From contig JBITNC010000001.1 of NCBI GenBank assembly GCA_050084985.1, positions 172,236,001 through 172,300,000 of the forward strand: DNA of 64,000 nt, given 5' to 3'. The first letter of the stretch is position 1; every line of letters starts with the position of its first letter. The notes beneath the pieces are model-generated. The model did not search any database. It saw only the letters and a list, made by a program, of their open reading frames with translations, and was not told the DNA's origin. The translations under genes were made by a program, and so were the position numbers. This stretch comes from Nageia nagi (taxonomy: Eukaryota; Plantae; Pinophyta). This document shows positions 38,218-51,280 of this stretch, one piece after another.

Positions 38218-39889
38218 CTTCTCCTCCCTCTGCATTTTCTCCTCGATGTTGCCCTCCTTATCTTAGAATAAAGTTGGAGGTTTCTTTTTTTTTCTTCTTT
38301 GTGCATTTAATTTTTTTTGTTGACTACTTGCATATTCTTAAATGCACATGCAAAGCAATGTTTACTACTTCTTGGTAAGGGAAGGGTAGCTATTTTGTTT
38401 CACCTAAAAGCATTTATTGCTTAGGTAAAAGTAGCATTAACTATGCATAGGTCTCCTTTCTTGAAGCAAATGTATACTTTTTGGTAGGCATTTAATATTT
38501 TTTGCTTGCTTACAAGTCATTTGTTCTTATTAAATGCACTTAGAAGTACTTATACTCCAACTTTAAGCATTGTCATGATGACTATAATACTTTAAAGTAA
38601 GTAGATACATCATTACTCTTCAATGCTATCCAATTTTTTAGAAAAATGTGGCAAATAAAGTTAATTCTTTAGGAGTATATATATTTTTTATTTGCCTTAA
38701 ATACTTTTAAGTTTGGCAATTTACTTAGGTAAAATGATAAATATTAGTGTAACATTAACACTTTAAGGGATTTTTTTTACCTAAGTATTTTTTTTAATGA
38801 TTTCATGTTTCCTAAAAGGAAAACCTATGCTATTTTTTAAGTAAACAAGGGAAATTTTTTACTTAAAATATAAATGCATACTTAAAAGATAATTTTTTTT
38901 AGCATACAAGTTTTAGGGATAAAACTTTAAGTAAAAAAGGGGAGAATTTGTATAGTTTTTTACTTAAAACTTTATCTAGATCTTGCATGCTAAATTTGTA
39001 ATGCATGCCTCTTAATCTTGTGTAGGAATAAAGCATGTTTATTACTTAATTTTAAGTTATGGAATAATGCATGTTTAATTTTTTTAAGTTATGGATTAAT
39101 GCTAAGTAGGACTTAGCCTTTTTAAATTCATTAAAGTGTTGAATGAATTTATGAACTTGAGCAAGTATGCAAAATGTAAAAATGTCCTTTAGGGGTTAGT
39201 ACAAAACCCATTGGACTCTTATATTTCAAGTTCTTGTGGATGATGTATTTTTAATACTTTAATTTATATTTTTTCATAATTGCTTTATACTTGCAAAATG
39301 CAAAATATTGAAAGTAACCCCTAAAATGAACACATTCGCACGTACTTTTCCATAACATGATTTGTTTGGGGAGCCATGAAGGGAGGACAAGGCAGACTGG
39401 AGCCTTTTTAGTTCGAAGAACCAAGTGGTGGTAAATCCATCTTAATTTCCCCTAAGACCTCTATTGGATTGGACATAACTCTATTAGGTGGATAGGCATG
39501 TGTGTAGTGATACCACATGTCCGCACGTCCATTCAAGGATTATCTTGATAACCTAAGAGGAAAACTTGAAAACCTTAAACAAGATAATTAAAATGGCCGG
39601 TCCAAGATACGTCGGATCCTTGGAAAATTTTTGGTACTTCTCCATGAGAGAGTATATTACTGACCAAGGTGAACTGGTTGAGGACTAGCAGTACTTAGGC
39701 TCCACTTTACAGGCATCCAGGTGAAGGCCTAATTCTATACAAGAAAACAACCTCAACTTTATCCTTCTACGGATCTTGGTTTATAATTTTGCACATGTGG
39801 GACATGTTTACTTATCAATGTTTGATTTGTATAGATGGTAAATTCTAGAAATTTATTCATTCTTCTTGCTTATTTACTTTTGTGTAGCA

Positions 39890-42800
39890 ATGGTTGAAAC
39901 CTTCATACCCAAGCATATACTCGACGGTTCCAACTTCGGCATATGGGAACCTCGTATGAAAGCTGAGTTACAAGCAAGGAAGCTATGGCAGATAGTTAAT
40001 GAAGACTTGGTCACTCCTACAGATGAGAAGGCTCTTGAAATCTACAACTCAAAGAATGAGTTAACAACTTCAATGATTTATCGTGTAGTTTCAGATGACG
40101 TACTTCTCATGATTTCTTCTTCAACATCAGCAAAGGAAGCTTGGGATAGGCTGAAGAAAATTTACCTTGGGTCAAAATTTTCAAGGAGGTTCACTATTTT
40201 ACAAAAGTTGTTGCAATATCATCAAGGTGAAGATGAAAGTGCTCCTATTTACTTAAACAAAATCATTGACCTCAGGACACAACTAGTTGGCTGTGGGTGC
40301 AATTGGATCAATGATGAGTTCATGGTCTTCATCATTCTTCAAAGCCTTTTTACAAAGTTCAGTAACTTTGTCACGGTTATGGAAACTAGGCTCGATGATG
40401 AAGAAGATGTCATCTCTCTTGATAACCTTTCTATACTCCTTCTGAATCGTGAGGAAACTTTGAATAAGAAAATGTTGAAATTTTCTCTAAAAGACAAAAG
40501 CATTGCTCTAGGAGCAACCAAAACTCCTTTCAAGAAGAAGTTCAATCATTATAAATCCAAAGATAACAAATCCTCATCTACCTTCAGGAAGCATGAGAAA
40601 AAGGGCAACAATAATGGCAACTTCATGCAAAGGAATGACAAAGCTGGATCAAGCAATCCAAAACCTAAGGAAAAGTTTGATGGAAATTGTAACTTTTGTG
40701 GCATCTTTGGTCATAAAGAGTATGATTGTCGTAAAAAGAAATTTGCGAAAAAAGGCAAGGGAAATGCAAATGCAAAAAATTTCAATAATAAAAAGAAGAA
40801 CAAGCATGCTGCTACTATTGCCTACTACTCAGTGACTCAAACTATTTCAAATGATTGGATTATTGATTTAGGATGCACTAATCAGATGTGTTATGAAAAG
40901 GATAAGTTTGAAAACTTTCATAAGTACAAGAAGGATGTAGTTGTGATAGGTGATAATTCAGTCCTTGATGGTCAAGGAATAGGGAGTGTGAAGATTCATG
41001 GAAAGGTTCTTGATAATGTCTTTTATGTGCCTAAATTAAGGATGAATCTTATCTCTGTAATTCATATTACAAGGAAAGGATACTCATTTGAGTTTACCTC
41101 ACACTCCTGGTGTGTTAAGAAAGGACTTGCCACCTTGATGAAATGATCACTAAAGGATGACCTTTATATTATGGATAAAGTTCCTTCAAAGATGTGTCTT
41201 GCTGCAAATGTTTATTCAAAGGGTAATATTTGGCATCAATGATTAGGGCACCTAAACCATAAGAGTATTCAAGATATGAAAAATCAAGAACTTGTGGAAG
41301 GTTTACCTAATATTTCACCCATAATTAGTCTCTGTGAAAGGTGCATTCTAGGAAATATGAATAGGCAAAAGTTTGAAAAAGATAAGGCAACTCGAGCTAC
41401 TCATCCTCTTCAGCTTGTGCATTCAAATTTGATGGGTCTATTTCAGACTAAGTCTCTAGGGGGAGCTTCTTATGTTCTAACCTTCATTGATGAATTCAGC
41501 AAGATGACATTTGGTTATCTACTTGAGCACAAGGATCAAACTTTTGATAGGTTTAAAGACTTCAAGGCTCTTATTGAAAATCAAACTAATTTTAAGATCA
41601 AAATGTTGAGATCTGATAATAGGGGTGAATAAAGCAATAATTCACAATCCCTTACACCCCTCAATAAAATGGAGTTATTGAAAGGAAGAATCGAACCATT
41701 ATGGAAATGGCAAGGTGCATGTTGGGTAACCTTCCTAGTTTCTTATGGCATGAAGCTGTTCACACTGCTATTCACACCCTAAATAGGTGTCCTACTAAAG
41801 CAGTTGAAGGTAAAACTCTGTATGAAGCATGGACAAGAAAGAAACCTAACATCTCACACTTTAGGGTCTTCGATTGTGATGCATTTGCCTTCATTACCTC
41901 AGAGAAAAGAAAGAAGTTGGATAAAAGATCAAAAAAATGAATCTTTGTGGGGTATGATAATCAGCATAGAGGTTACAGGCTCTACTCCTCATTCCATAAA
42001 ATAGTCTTTGTTTCTAGGGATGTCAAGTTCAATGAACTTCCTGAGGATACGACTTCTCATGCTAAGGTGTCTGATTCAAATGATTCTTTGCCTGCACCTA
42101 ACTGGTTGGATGATAATGTAGGGAGGTCACCATAAGAGCAAAATTCTCCAGCTCAGAGAATTATAAGAAGTATGACCTTGAATAAATCTTTATTTGCCAA
42201 AATTGATAATACAAATGAGCCATCAACCTTCAAAGAAGCTTCCAAGCAAGTATGTTGGATGGAAGCTATGAAAGTTGAGTATGAGGCGCTCATGAAAAAT
42301 GAAACTTGGGATTTGGTTCCTTATCCCAATGAGAAAAATGTGATTAGAAATAAATGGATATACAAGGTCAAGTACAATTCTGATGGAAAAATTGAAAAAT
42401 ACAAAGCAAGGTTAGTGGCCAAAGGATTCACTCAGAAATATGGTATTGATTATGAGGAAACCTTTGCACCTATGGCGAAGATGACTACTGTCAAGATAAT
42501 TCTTGCTCTTTCTACAGCTCAAGGATGGAAAGTTTTTCAACTTGATGTCAAGAGTGCATTTCTCAATGGTGACTTGAATGTAGAAATCTACATGAATCAA
42601 CCAAAAGGATTTATTCCAGAAGGTAAAGAGTCTTTTGTGTGCAAGCTAAAGAAGTCTTTGTATGGACTTAAGCAAGCACCTAGAGCATGGTACAAGAAAA
42701 TTTTAGGATTCTTTGCAGATATTGGTTTTTCCAAGTGCTTCTCTAACTTAGATCTCTATGTACTCAATTAAGGAAAAGATGTGGTCTTAATTCTCCTTTA

Positions 42801-43764
42801 TGTGGATGATCTTCTCATAACTAGTAATCATATTGAAATCATCCAAGAGTGCATATCCAAACTGAAGGCAACATTTGAAATGATTGATCTAGGTCTATTG
42901 CGTTACTATCTTAGGATGCAAGTATACCAACACAAAGATTGTACTTATCTTAGTCAATCTAAGTATATATCAGACATCTTGCAAAAGTTTGGAATGGAGG
43001 AGTGTAGATATGCTGTAATACCTATTTCTCCTAGAATTGTTGTATCTCTGAGCTTAGATTCTCAGTTGGCTGATGCTACAACTTATAGGCAATTGATCGG
43101 TAGTCTTCTATATCTAACTATCTCTTGACTTGATATTGCCTTTGCAGTGAATATGATGGCACGATTCATGCAAAAACCATATGTTGAGTACCTCAATGCT
43201 GTTAAGCAAATCTTGAGGTATGTGGCATGGACAAAGGATCTTGCTCTTAAGTATTCCAAAGTGCCCTTGATTGTTCTCTTTGGGTTCTTAGATTCTAATT
43301 ATGGGGGGGATAGAGATGATAGAAAATCAACCTCTGCATATGTGTTCAACATTGGTTCATGTGCTATCTCTTGGGCTTCTAAGAAGCAACCTACTGTGAC
43401 TCTTTCTACCACCGAAGCCAAATATCAAGCCATGTCTGTTGCTGCCTAGGAAACTATTTGGCTGAGGCATCTTCTGAATGAAATTGGGTATGAGCAAAAT
43501 GGCCCATATCTTATTTCTTTAGATAATCAATCAGCTATCTCTTTGGCTAAGAATCCTGTGTTCCATCAGAGAACCAAACATGTGGAAATCCAAGCCCATT
43601 TTATCAGGAAGAAGGTTCTAGATGACATCATACACTTGGAGTATTGTCCATCTACTGTAAACTCTACTGATTTATTCACCAAGCCCCTTCCTGAAGCTCA
43701 GTTCAGCAAGCTTAGGGATTCTCTTGGGTTGGTGAAGTTGCCCTCAAGGGGGAGTGAAGTTTGA
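39890..43764 (+). pseudogene. copia gag-pol polyprotein, broken by stop codons and a small integrase deletion
   Basis: Gag UBN2-like region, zinc knuckle CNFCGIFGHKEYDC, protease WIIDLGCT, integrase (LRSDNRGE, YTPQ*NG), RT (QLDVKSAFLNG, YVDD), RNase H (RTKHVEI, DLFTKPL). Confidence 0.93.
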
Positions 43765-43844
43765 ACTTTTGTTAGTGATGACAACTTCACTCTCTAATAG
43801 GCTCTTTTTTGGTGTTATATAGTGTTGATTATGATATACCTATG

Positions 43845-44050
43845 TGGTAAGTTCACTCTGTGTGAGGAACTTCTTGTACATTTTATACCTCCATGGTAAG
43901 TTTGCTCTGTGTGAGAAACTTGTACAATTTTTTGAGCATATAATTGTGGTAAGTTTGCTCTATGTGAGGAACTTCTTGTACATTTTATACCTCTGTGGTA
44001 AGTTTGCTTTGCGTGAGAAACTTGTTGTACAATTTTTTGAGCATATAATT
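43845..44050. repeat. ~50-bp tandem repeat (4 copies) in the copia 3' region
   Basis: Four copies of TGGTAAGTT..CT.....GTGAG.AACTT. Confidence 0.85.
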
Positions 44051-44600
44051 ATTCAAGTATTCATATGAGAAGATCTGGTATGTGTCTTTAGTCATTGTAC
44101 AGTCATCTATATTTTATGATCTATTAATAATCAACACATGTCTATATACAACAGGTGACTATGAGTGATGGCTTGGCATCTCCATGATGACTTATAGTGC
44201 ACCATTGATAAGTTATTTATAAGATGGCATTATTTGATTCTCTTATTAATAAAATGAATATATGATGCATCTAACTGATTTTGTTCATGAGTTGCTTGTA
44301 GCATGCAAGATCTTCTTTAGAAATGCAGGTTACTCACCTTGTGTAAGCAAGCTCATGGAGACTCACATGTCAGCTTAAAGTTGATTGACTACTATGTACA
44401 GTGAAACTAGTTGTGGTTAATGATTGTATTGTAAACCATTTTGTCAAATGGTAATGTAGTGAGTCTCAAACTAGTTCTCAAAAAGATTCTCAAATATGTA
44501 AATGTTCTCATCTCTGCTTGTATCTCTATGGAGGAGAACTCTCTCTTACTCTCTCTCTTCTCTCTTCTACGCTCTATCCCAATATTGCATTAAGGGGGAG

Positions 44601-45089
44601 TGTTAGAATTTGTAATGAAATATTTTGAATATCTAAACTCCTTGTAAATTCAATTAATCACTTAAAGGATATTTAGATACCTTAAGGGATTAATTGAATT
44701 CTTTATTATGTAAACTTTGACCTTACCAAGTGGTTAGTTGGTAGGTTAAAGTTAGGTAATATATTTATTGTAACCCTAACCTTAACCTTGGGTTAAAGGG
44801 AGGTTAGGGAGGTGCTCTCATGCTATAAATAGAGGGCCTCTCCTGTTGTAATACAACTTAGAGTTTGAGTAAGATTACTCTACTAGTTTGTGTAGGAGAG
44901 AAAGGAATTGTAGTAAGAGGGTGCATAGTTTGAGAATTAAGATCTAGTTGTGGATGTACTCCCAAGGAGGGAGGAACCACTTATATTGGTTTTATCTTGT
45001 GTTAATGGTGTTATTAGCTTGTAGATGTTGAATGATTAAGTTTCCTATAGTCTTGGACCTTGAGGATTAGTCTACATCTAATTCCTTCA
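44601..45089 (+). repeat. 3' LTR (489 bp), preceded by PPT AAGGGGGAG
   Basis: TGTTAGAA...TTCCTTCA; PPT 44592-44600. Confidence 0.95.
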
Positions 45090-47908
45090 AATAACTTATG
45101 ATGAGAGAACATAAAATAATATCTCCAAAGAGAATATATAGATTCATCTTAAATAGATACATCGTTAGAAAGAGTAAAGATGAAATTAATATAATATAAT
45201 AACATGACATTATCTGGTATAACACCATCATATCATCATAAGAGGTGTATTATAATGAGGTACTATACCCCATTCCTAAATACATATGAGGAAGGATATC
45301 ACCATGAGATACTATAACCCATTCTTGGATTCTAATAAAAAAAAAGCATCATCATATATAGAAACATCTAGTACATCATTCATAGAGTAATCATCATGGA
45401 CGAAAATATTTCCCCATTCATAGATGAGTATCATCAAGGTAGTAAAAGATGCCCCATTCTTAGATATAAAGAATAAAGGTGATGGTTGATAACCTCAACC
45501 AATAAAGGTATACTCAAATAATGATGATTGATAACCTCAACCAATGAAGGGATATTCAAACAATGATGAATGATGACCTCAAAAAAAAAAAGAGCTACTC
45601 AAATAGTTGCAACTTATGAATTATGAAATGTGAGCACAATAGTGTGCTCATACAAAATATCATATGTAATTACATAATCATATTTTCCAAATGTGAAGAC
45701 AAAAATTATTTGGAAGCAATATCTACACTTACTCGTGAAGATAACATTAGCAATTTTGGTCGCATGAGCATTGGCATCAATGTCAACATGTTGATATTTT
45801 GCTTTTCTATACTTGAAGTTTTCTACATTTATGCTTGATGATAAGATAATACCTTTTATATTTTTCTTTTTTCTAATAAAATAGATAACATGCACCTATA
45901 GGTTTCTACTGAATGACCTATGATTTGGATGGTAACTCTCTATTTATGCAAATTATGACTTGGCTTCTTAACTTAGACAACTAACAAATAACATACCATA
46001 GACTTGAAAATATTTGGAAATAATGAAAAATTAATCATATACCCCAACATTGAAACTAGATTAACAAAAGAAAAATGGAGGTAGGAAACTTAATATGTAG
46101 ATATATGAATGGCCTTAAGAATAAATATGAACAACAAAAATAAAAAGATGATTAACATGGTTGGATTGTTAAACATAAAAGGGATTTAACTGGATGACAT
46201 TGATGGAGACCTTTAATTGTATTCCCTCTATTATAGTTAACCTATAAGCTCCACGTTGATATTTTGTTGTGACAATATAGGGATCCATCCAATTTGATTC
46301 AAACTTGCCTTTGTCCTCTTTTTCTTAGTTTTGTAATCATATTCTTTAAGGACCAAATTACCAACTTGGAATTCTCATGGTTTGATCTTCCTTGCATAAG
46401 CTCTTTTGATTCTTTTATGATATTTTATCAAGTATTCTAAGGCATGAATTATTATTTTATTAAGACTTTCCAATTGCTCTAACATTTTCTTTCTTTGATC
46501 TTCCTTGTCTATATATAATTCCCTCTAAGGATACTCTTAAAGATGGAATTTCTAGTTCTAAAGGGAGTATTGCTTCATCCTCATACACCAATAAATATAG
46601 TGTGATATCATGGTGCTAGTCCTGAATATCCATAATGCATAAATCAATTGCTCATGCCAATTTATTTTATGCTTTTGGACTATCTTAATACATAAACTAG
46701 TAATTATTGTCTTGTTAGTAGCTTCCAATTGTCCATTGCCTTGAGTTGAAGAAAATTTTTATTTGATCTTATGAATTTATTTCCATTGTCCATAAGAATG
46801 TAAGATGGTACTCCAAACTTGGTAATTATGTTCTTTGTCAAAAATTTTATAATTTGGGGGCCTTTGTAAGATTTCAATGGTATTTCATCTATTAAAATAT
46901 ATAATCTAAAGGTTATGTATTTATAAGTAGTATAAACTTAAAACATTAGATTTAGGCTATAGTTAATAAATATTTAATTACATCGTAGGCATCCTCCTTT
47001 GAGCTTTCAAAGCTCATTTTCAAATCCATGGTTGAGAGTTTGTTAGAGAGTAGGCCAACCATGAAATAGTTTTTAGCCTTTGGATTTAATTTTTAATTTT
47101 TTTTAGTTTTACATGGCCATGTGTGCTATCATTATTATACTAATGTTGCATATTATCATACCATATCTTTTAACTAATCATTGAATTGATATATTAGATG
47201 TATTATCTAATATAAAAAAATTATAACAAATATTTAATGAATTAAGTAATATTAAAAATAAATTTACCATAATAACATGCATTATTAATTGTAAATATGA
47301 TATTTTAAACAAATGATAGTGTAACATCATACTTTGAAATAGATATGAACTTATTTTTATTCAATGCTTTCACTTAGTATATTATTATTTAATATCATTT
47401 GTAATTATTTTCTATAATATTTATTATTTGATTGGATACAACATTTTCAATTTGAATTTTAATATTTCTCATGTGGATTTTATTTTGTTTTCTAATGTTA
47501 TATATAAAGAAGTGTAGTTCAACATTTATCTTATTATTTACTTTTAACTTTTATTTGATTGAATGCAATATTCTTTCTTGTAAAGAATATAGAAAATATT
47601 TTATTAGATTACAATTCTCATAGTTGTAAACACATAATTAATGCCTCATGATTACAAGATGATTATATTTACAATAAATATTTATTTTCACAATCATGTC
47701 ATCCAATTTAGAATTATGATAAAATATTTTTACTAATACTATATACTTATATTTTACTATTATAACTATTAACTTATAACTTAACAACAATTGTTATTCT
47801 TTAATACTTTTGAAAGTAAAAAATTATTGATATGTGCATAATGATATACTTTTTTATTTTCTTTTCAAAATGTCTCTACAAATCAAGATAAATTTTCACA
47901 ATTAATTT

Positions 47909-48078
47909 TTTTGTATGAAGAAGATCATGTTCTCACACAAGGAAGGTTTGCAGGGAATTAACACTCATCATTTATTACATTAAGCATATCCAGTTGCAAG
48001 TAAGGGGGTGATATTTGAACCTCGGGTCTCCCATGAACAACTTGAGAGATTTAAACTACCCCTCTCACCAACTCCCCT
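47909..48078 (-). mobile_element. tRNA-derived SINE inside the Helitron
   Basis: Minus strand GGGGAGTTGGTGAGAGG...GAGACCCGAGGTTCAAAT (A/B-box-like), short A tail, TSD ACAATTAATTT at 47898-47908 and 48079-48089. Confidence 0.7.
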
Positions 48079-48447
48079 ACAATTAATTTAGGATTATTAT
48101 ATGTATATTATTATTATTATTATTTTAGTTTTTTTTTTTTTTACATTATTATTATTCATTTTATTATCATGCAAATTATTAAGATTATACATAAAAAGAA
48201 TTTATAGCATCTTTAATATATGATAAATAATTTATATTCATTTATTTTTAGAGATTACTGATAAGTATAAATTATTTTTTAAATCATACCTAAAATTTAT
48301 GGTAAACAAATGCATAGTTAAGTATTTATGAAATGAAAGTTTATTATAGTATTATGAATCTCAACTATTACATTAGCATATGAAATTTTCATGTATTCAC
48401 TTTGATAATATGGTATTTGCATGTTATTTTACTCTAGTAATTTGTAA

Positions 48448-48603
48448 TCATATTAGTAGAAAATATAATAATAAAATAAAGTATCCACATATGATATATC
48501 CTCTTAATAGTGCATAAGGACAATCCATATTAGTAGAAAATATAATAATAAAATAAAGTACCCATATATGATATGTCCTCTTAATAATGCATAAGGATAA
48601 TCC
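48448..48603. repeat. Tandem duplication 2 x ~77 bp
   Basis: CATATTAGTAGAAAATATAATAATAAAATAAAGTA occurs twice in tandem. Confidence 0.85.
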
Positions 48604-50129
48604 ACATAACATCGTAGTGGATAGAAATTATATTATAACTATTGAAATATATTAAAAATCATAAATATGTTGCATCATCTTTGTATTCTAGTAAAATATG
48701 ATTGATTGCTCTCTCAATCATTATGAGTTAAAAAATTTAGAGGATTGTGCAAGAATAAAACGTCAAATTTCTTCAAGTATAATTGATATGAAAAAGAAAA
48801 ATGTATAAAATTTGTACTAACTTTATCAAACTAACAATAAAACTAAAACATGCATTACAATATAATATTAAGTACTATGTTAAATTTTTATAATTATCTA
48901 TGTAATTAAAATTTCTAATTGATATTTTTCATTATAAAAGATTTTTTTTTTAGTCTATATAATTATTAATACTTTTTAGAATGATTTGATGATTGTTTTG
49001 TAATTAGAATAGAATAACCTACGAACATATGTACAATAAGATTTAAATATAAACTAATGAATTTTAGAATTCATATAATCTCTTAATAAAGAAAGTTTTT
49101 CAATGAAGATATTCAAATATTTTAGATTCACTTATCCATGACATTCATAACACATAATTTAACTCTTGTTGATAGAAAGAAATGAAGTTCTCAAAAGATA
49201 TTTATTTTCATAATGTGTATGCACAAAGTGAAAAAATTGCATTTGATAAATTACTTCTCTTGATAATAATTTTTTATATTTAATAAGTTTAAACTCCATA
49301 TTTATATTTATTAATATGGTTTGTAATATATTTTAAAGTATAATTAAGATATAAAAATATAATGTATGACAATAATGTTACCTATCGAGTATAGAAGATA
49401 GATTATTATTAAAAATAAACATTACAATATAATAGTATAATAAACAAGTTGATTAATATGACCATATAAAAATAGGATGATCATGATTAATTTATTAAAA
49501 TATATTCAAATCTTTTCATATTATAACATATCATCTATTATTGATTTACACTCTTGAATAGCATTGTATGATGGGCTATTAACAATTAAAGAATGATAAC
49601 CTTGTTATTATGTGAGATATGTAAAATAAATATCAATTCTTTGATGAATATATCAATTCGAGTTGGTAGTAACTATGCTAATTATATGATATTTCTTAGT
49701 TGTCATCATTTTCCCATGATATAAGTAGTGAGATATACATAAAGACAAATAAAAACACTACTTGTAATCAACCATCAAATGTTATAATATAAAAACATTA
49801 TATTGTTAATATGATAACATATTATTAGATTTTTATAAATTTTTTTTATTGATATAGTTAGTTAACTATAATTTTCATATTAACTATCTCAAACTAAATA
49901 TAAATATTATTAAATAGACTGCATACAAAGTACCTAATTTTTGTTTCCAACGTACCCATTGCACAAGGTTGCAATAACTAGTATATTTCAATTTTGTAAC
50001 TAGAAATTCTCTTCTACAAATGCACTCAACTATGTATTTATTCCTTCTTTCAATGGATATAATTTATTTTACTGGCTTTGGAGTTCATGATGATCCGTCT
50101 ATTTATAATGGTATCAAAGCTATATTAAT

Positions 50130-51280
50130 ATGGAACTCCATGATGTCAATAATCATGATTATATCGATACTGCATATTGTTCTATAAAACCCACCAACCA
50201 TTTATATGAGTGGAAACTCTACCTAGCGCTTTGTCACACACCCTGCAAGTTGAGCTGAAGAAACGTTGGAGATTATAAAGCGTAAATATCTAATGATATT
50301 TTCTAATGAGAACTCTATCAATTAACGTCATGCATTGGAGGCCAGATGATTGGAATCCTAACATGTTGTTTTAGTATTTTATGTTGAGATTATTGATAAA
50401 TACATTTCTTAAATCATATCTAGTGTCTTCAGATAAACTGCAATAACATCATTTGGGAGTACTAAACTGTGAAAACTCTATTTACGTGTCATTTCAAATC
50501 TGCATTTGACTGATCTGTTAGTGTTAGAGGAGACATAATCTATTTTGTAAAGAAGGCATGGTAATTCAATAATCTGTTTAACAAATTGTAGTCAATAAGG
50601 TTCTCATATGATTGAAGAAGATTCTGAATGCCCAATCTATCATTAAATATTTTGTTATCGGAGGTAGACGTGTTTGAAGAAATCTGATTTTGACTTTGAA
50701 TGCTATCAGTTTTGGTTTCCTTAGATTATGATTCCGATCTTTCACTTTGGTATTCACTATGTCACATACAGTCAGTATTGAGGAAGTGTAATAATTTTTG
50801 CACACTATTTTGGTAATAATTTGAAGAATTTTTATCCGTTTGAAGTTATCTTTCATATGTTAACACAAAAATTTTGAGTACTTAATAATTCTTTGTAATG
50901 CAATCTAATCCTGGATATGAAATGTATTTTTCCAGATTTGACCTCATAACGTGCACTACAACAGTAAAAGTATTTGATCATCAGAATAAAACTTGAATAC
51001 AAGCAATATATTTTACAACATCGGTCATCAAGGTCAAAGGACAAATCATACGATCAGTATTTTTCCATTAGAAAATATCTTAGCAAGGATCCACTTCAGT
51101 TTGAGCTAGATTTTGGCGAATATAGACTTGAGGAAGGTTTTATGATGTACATTGTACATAATTATTAGAATGAAATTTGAAAGGATTTGGAATTAGGTTT
51201 CCAAGCGGATGTTCAAGATAATGCAAATGAAAATGATGACGACAATGTTGATAGTGATGAAGACAATTCAATGTTCTAGA
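50130..51280 (+). pseudogene. Possible decayed F-box/kelch-type gene sequence in the copia leader
   Basis: Scattered motifs LP...KKRWRL (50213-50275), YFVIGG (~50648), DYDSDLSLW (50724-50750), KVFDHQNKT* (~50967), acidic tail; CpG-rich relative to the flanking element. Confidence 0.3.

Larger units (their letters stand above)
36542..45089 (+). mobile_element. Full-length Ty1/copia LTR retrotransposon (8548 bp) with AATAA target-site duplication
   Basis: Paired 489-bp LTRs, TSD AATAA at 36537-36541 and 45090-45094, PBS, PPT, gag-PR-IN-RT-RH order. Confidence 0.97.
46978..49981 (+). mobile_element. Non-autonomous Helitron-like insertion in the 5' LTR of the old copia
   Basis: Ends ATTGCACAAGGTTGCAATAACTAG|T (short hairpin plus CTAG); inserted between A46977 and T49982 with no TSD; removing it restores LTR colinearity. 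The 5' end reads TT rather than TC. Confidence 0.7.

Noticed and set aside
39368-39395. GGGAGCCATGAAGGGAGG resembling group II intron domain V
   Set aside because: The complementary 3' arm and a domain VI are absent.
39791-39806. GTCCCACAT on the minus strand resembling the plant snRNA USE promoter element
   Set aside because: The TATA-like sequence is only ~8 nt away, the wrong spacing, and no snRNA follows.
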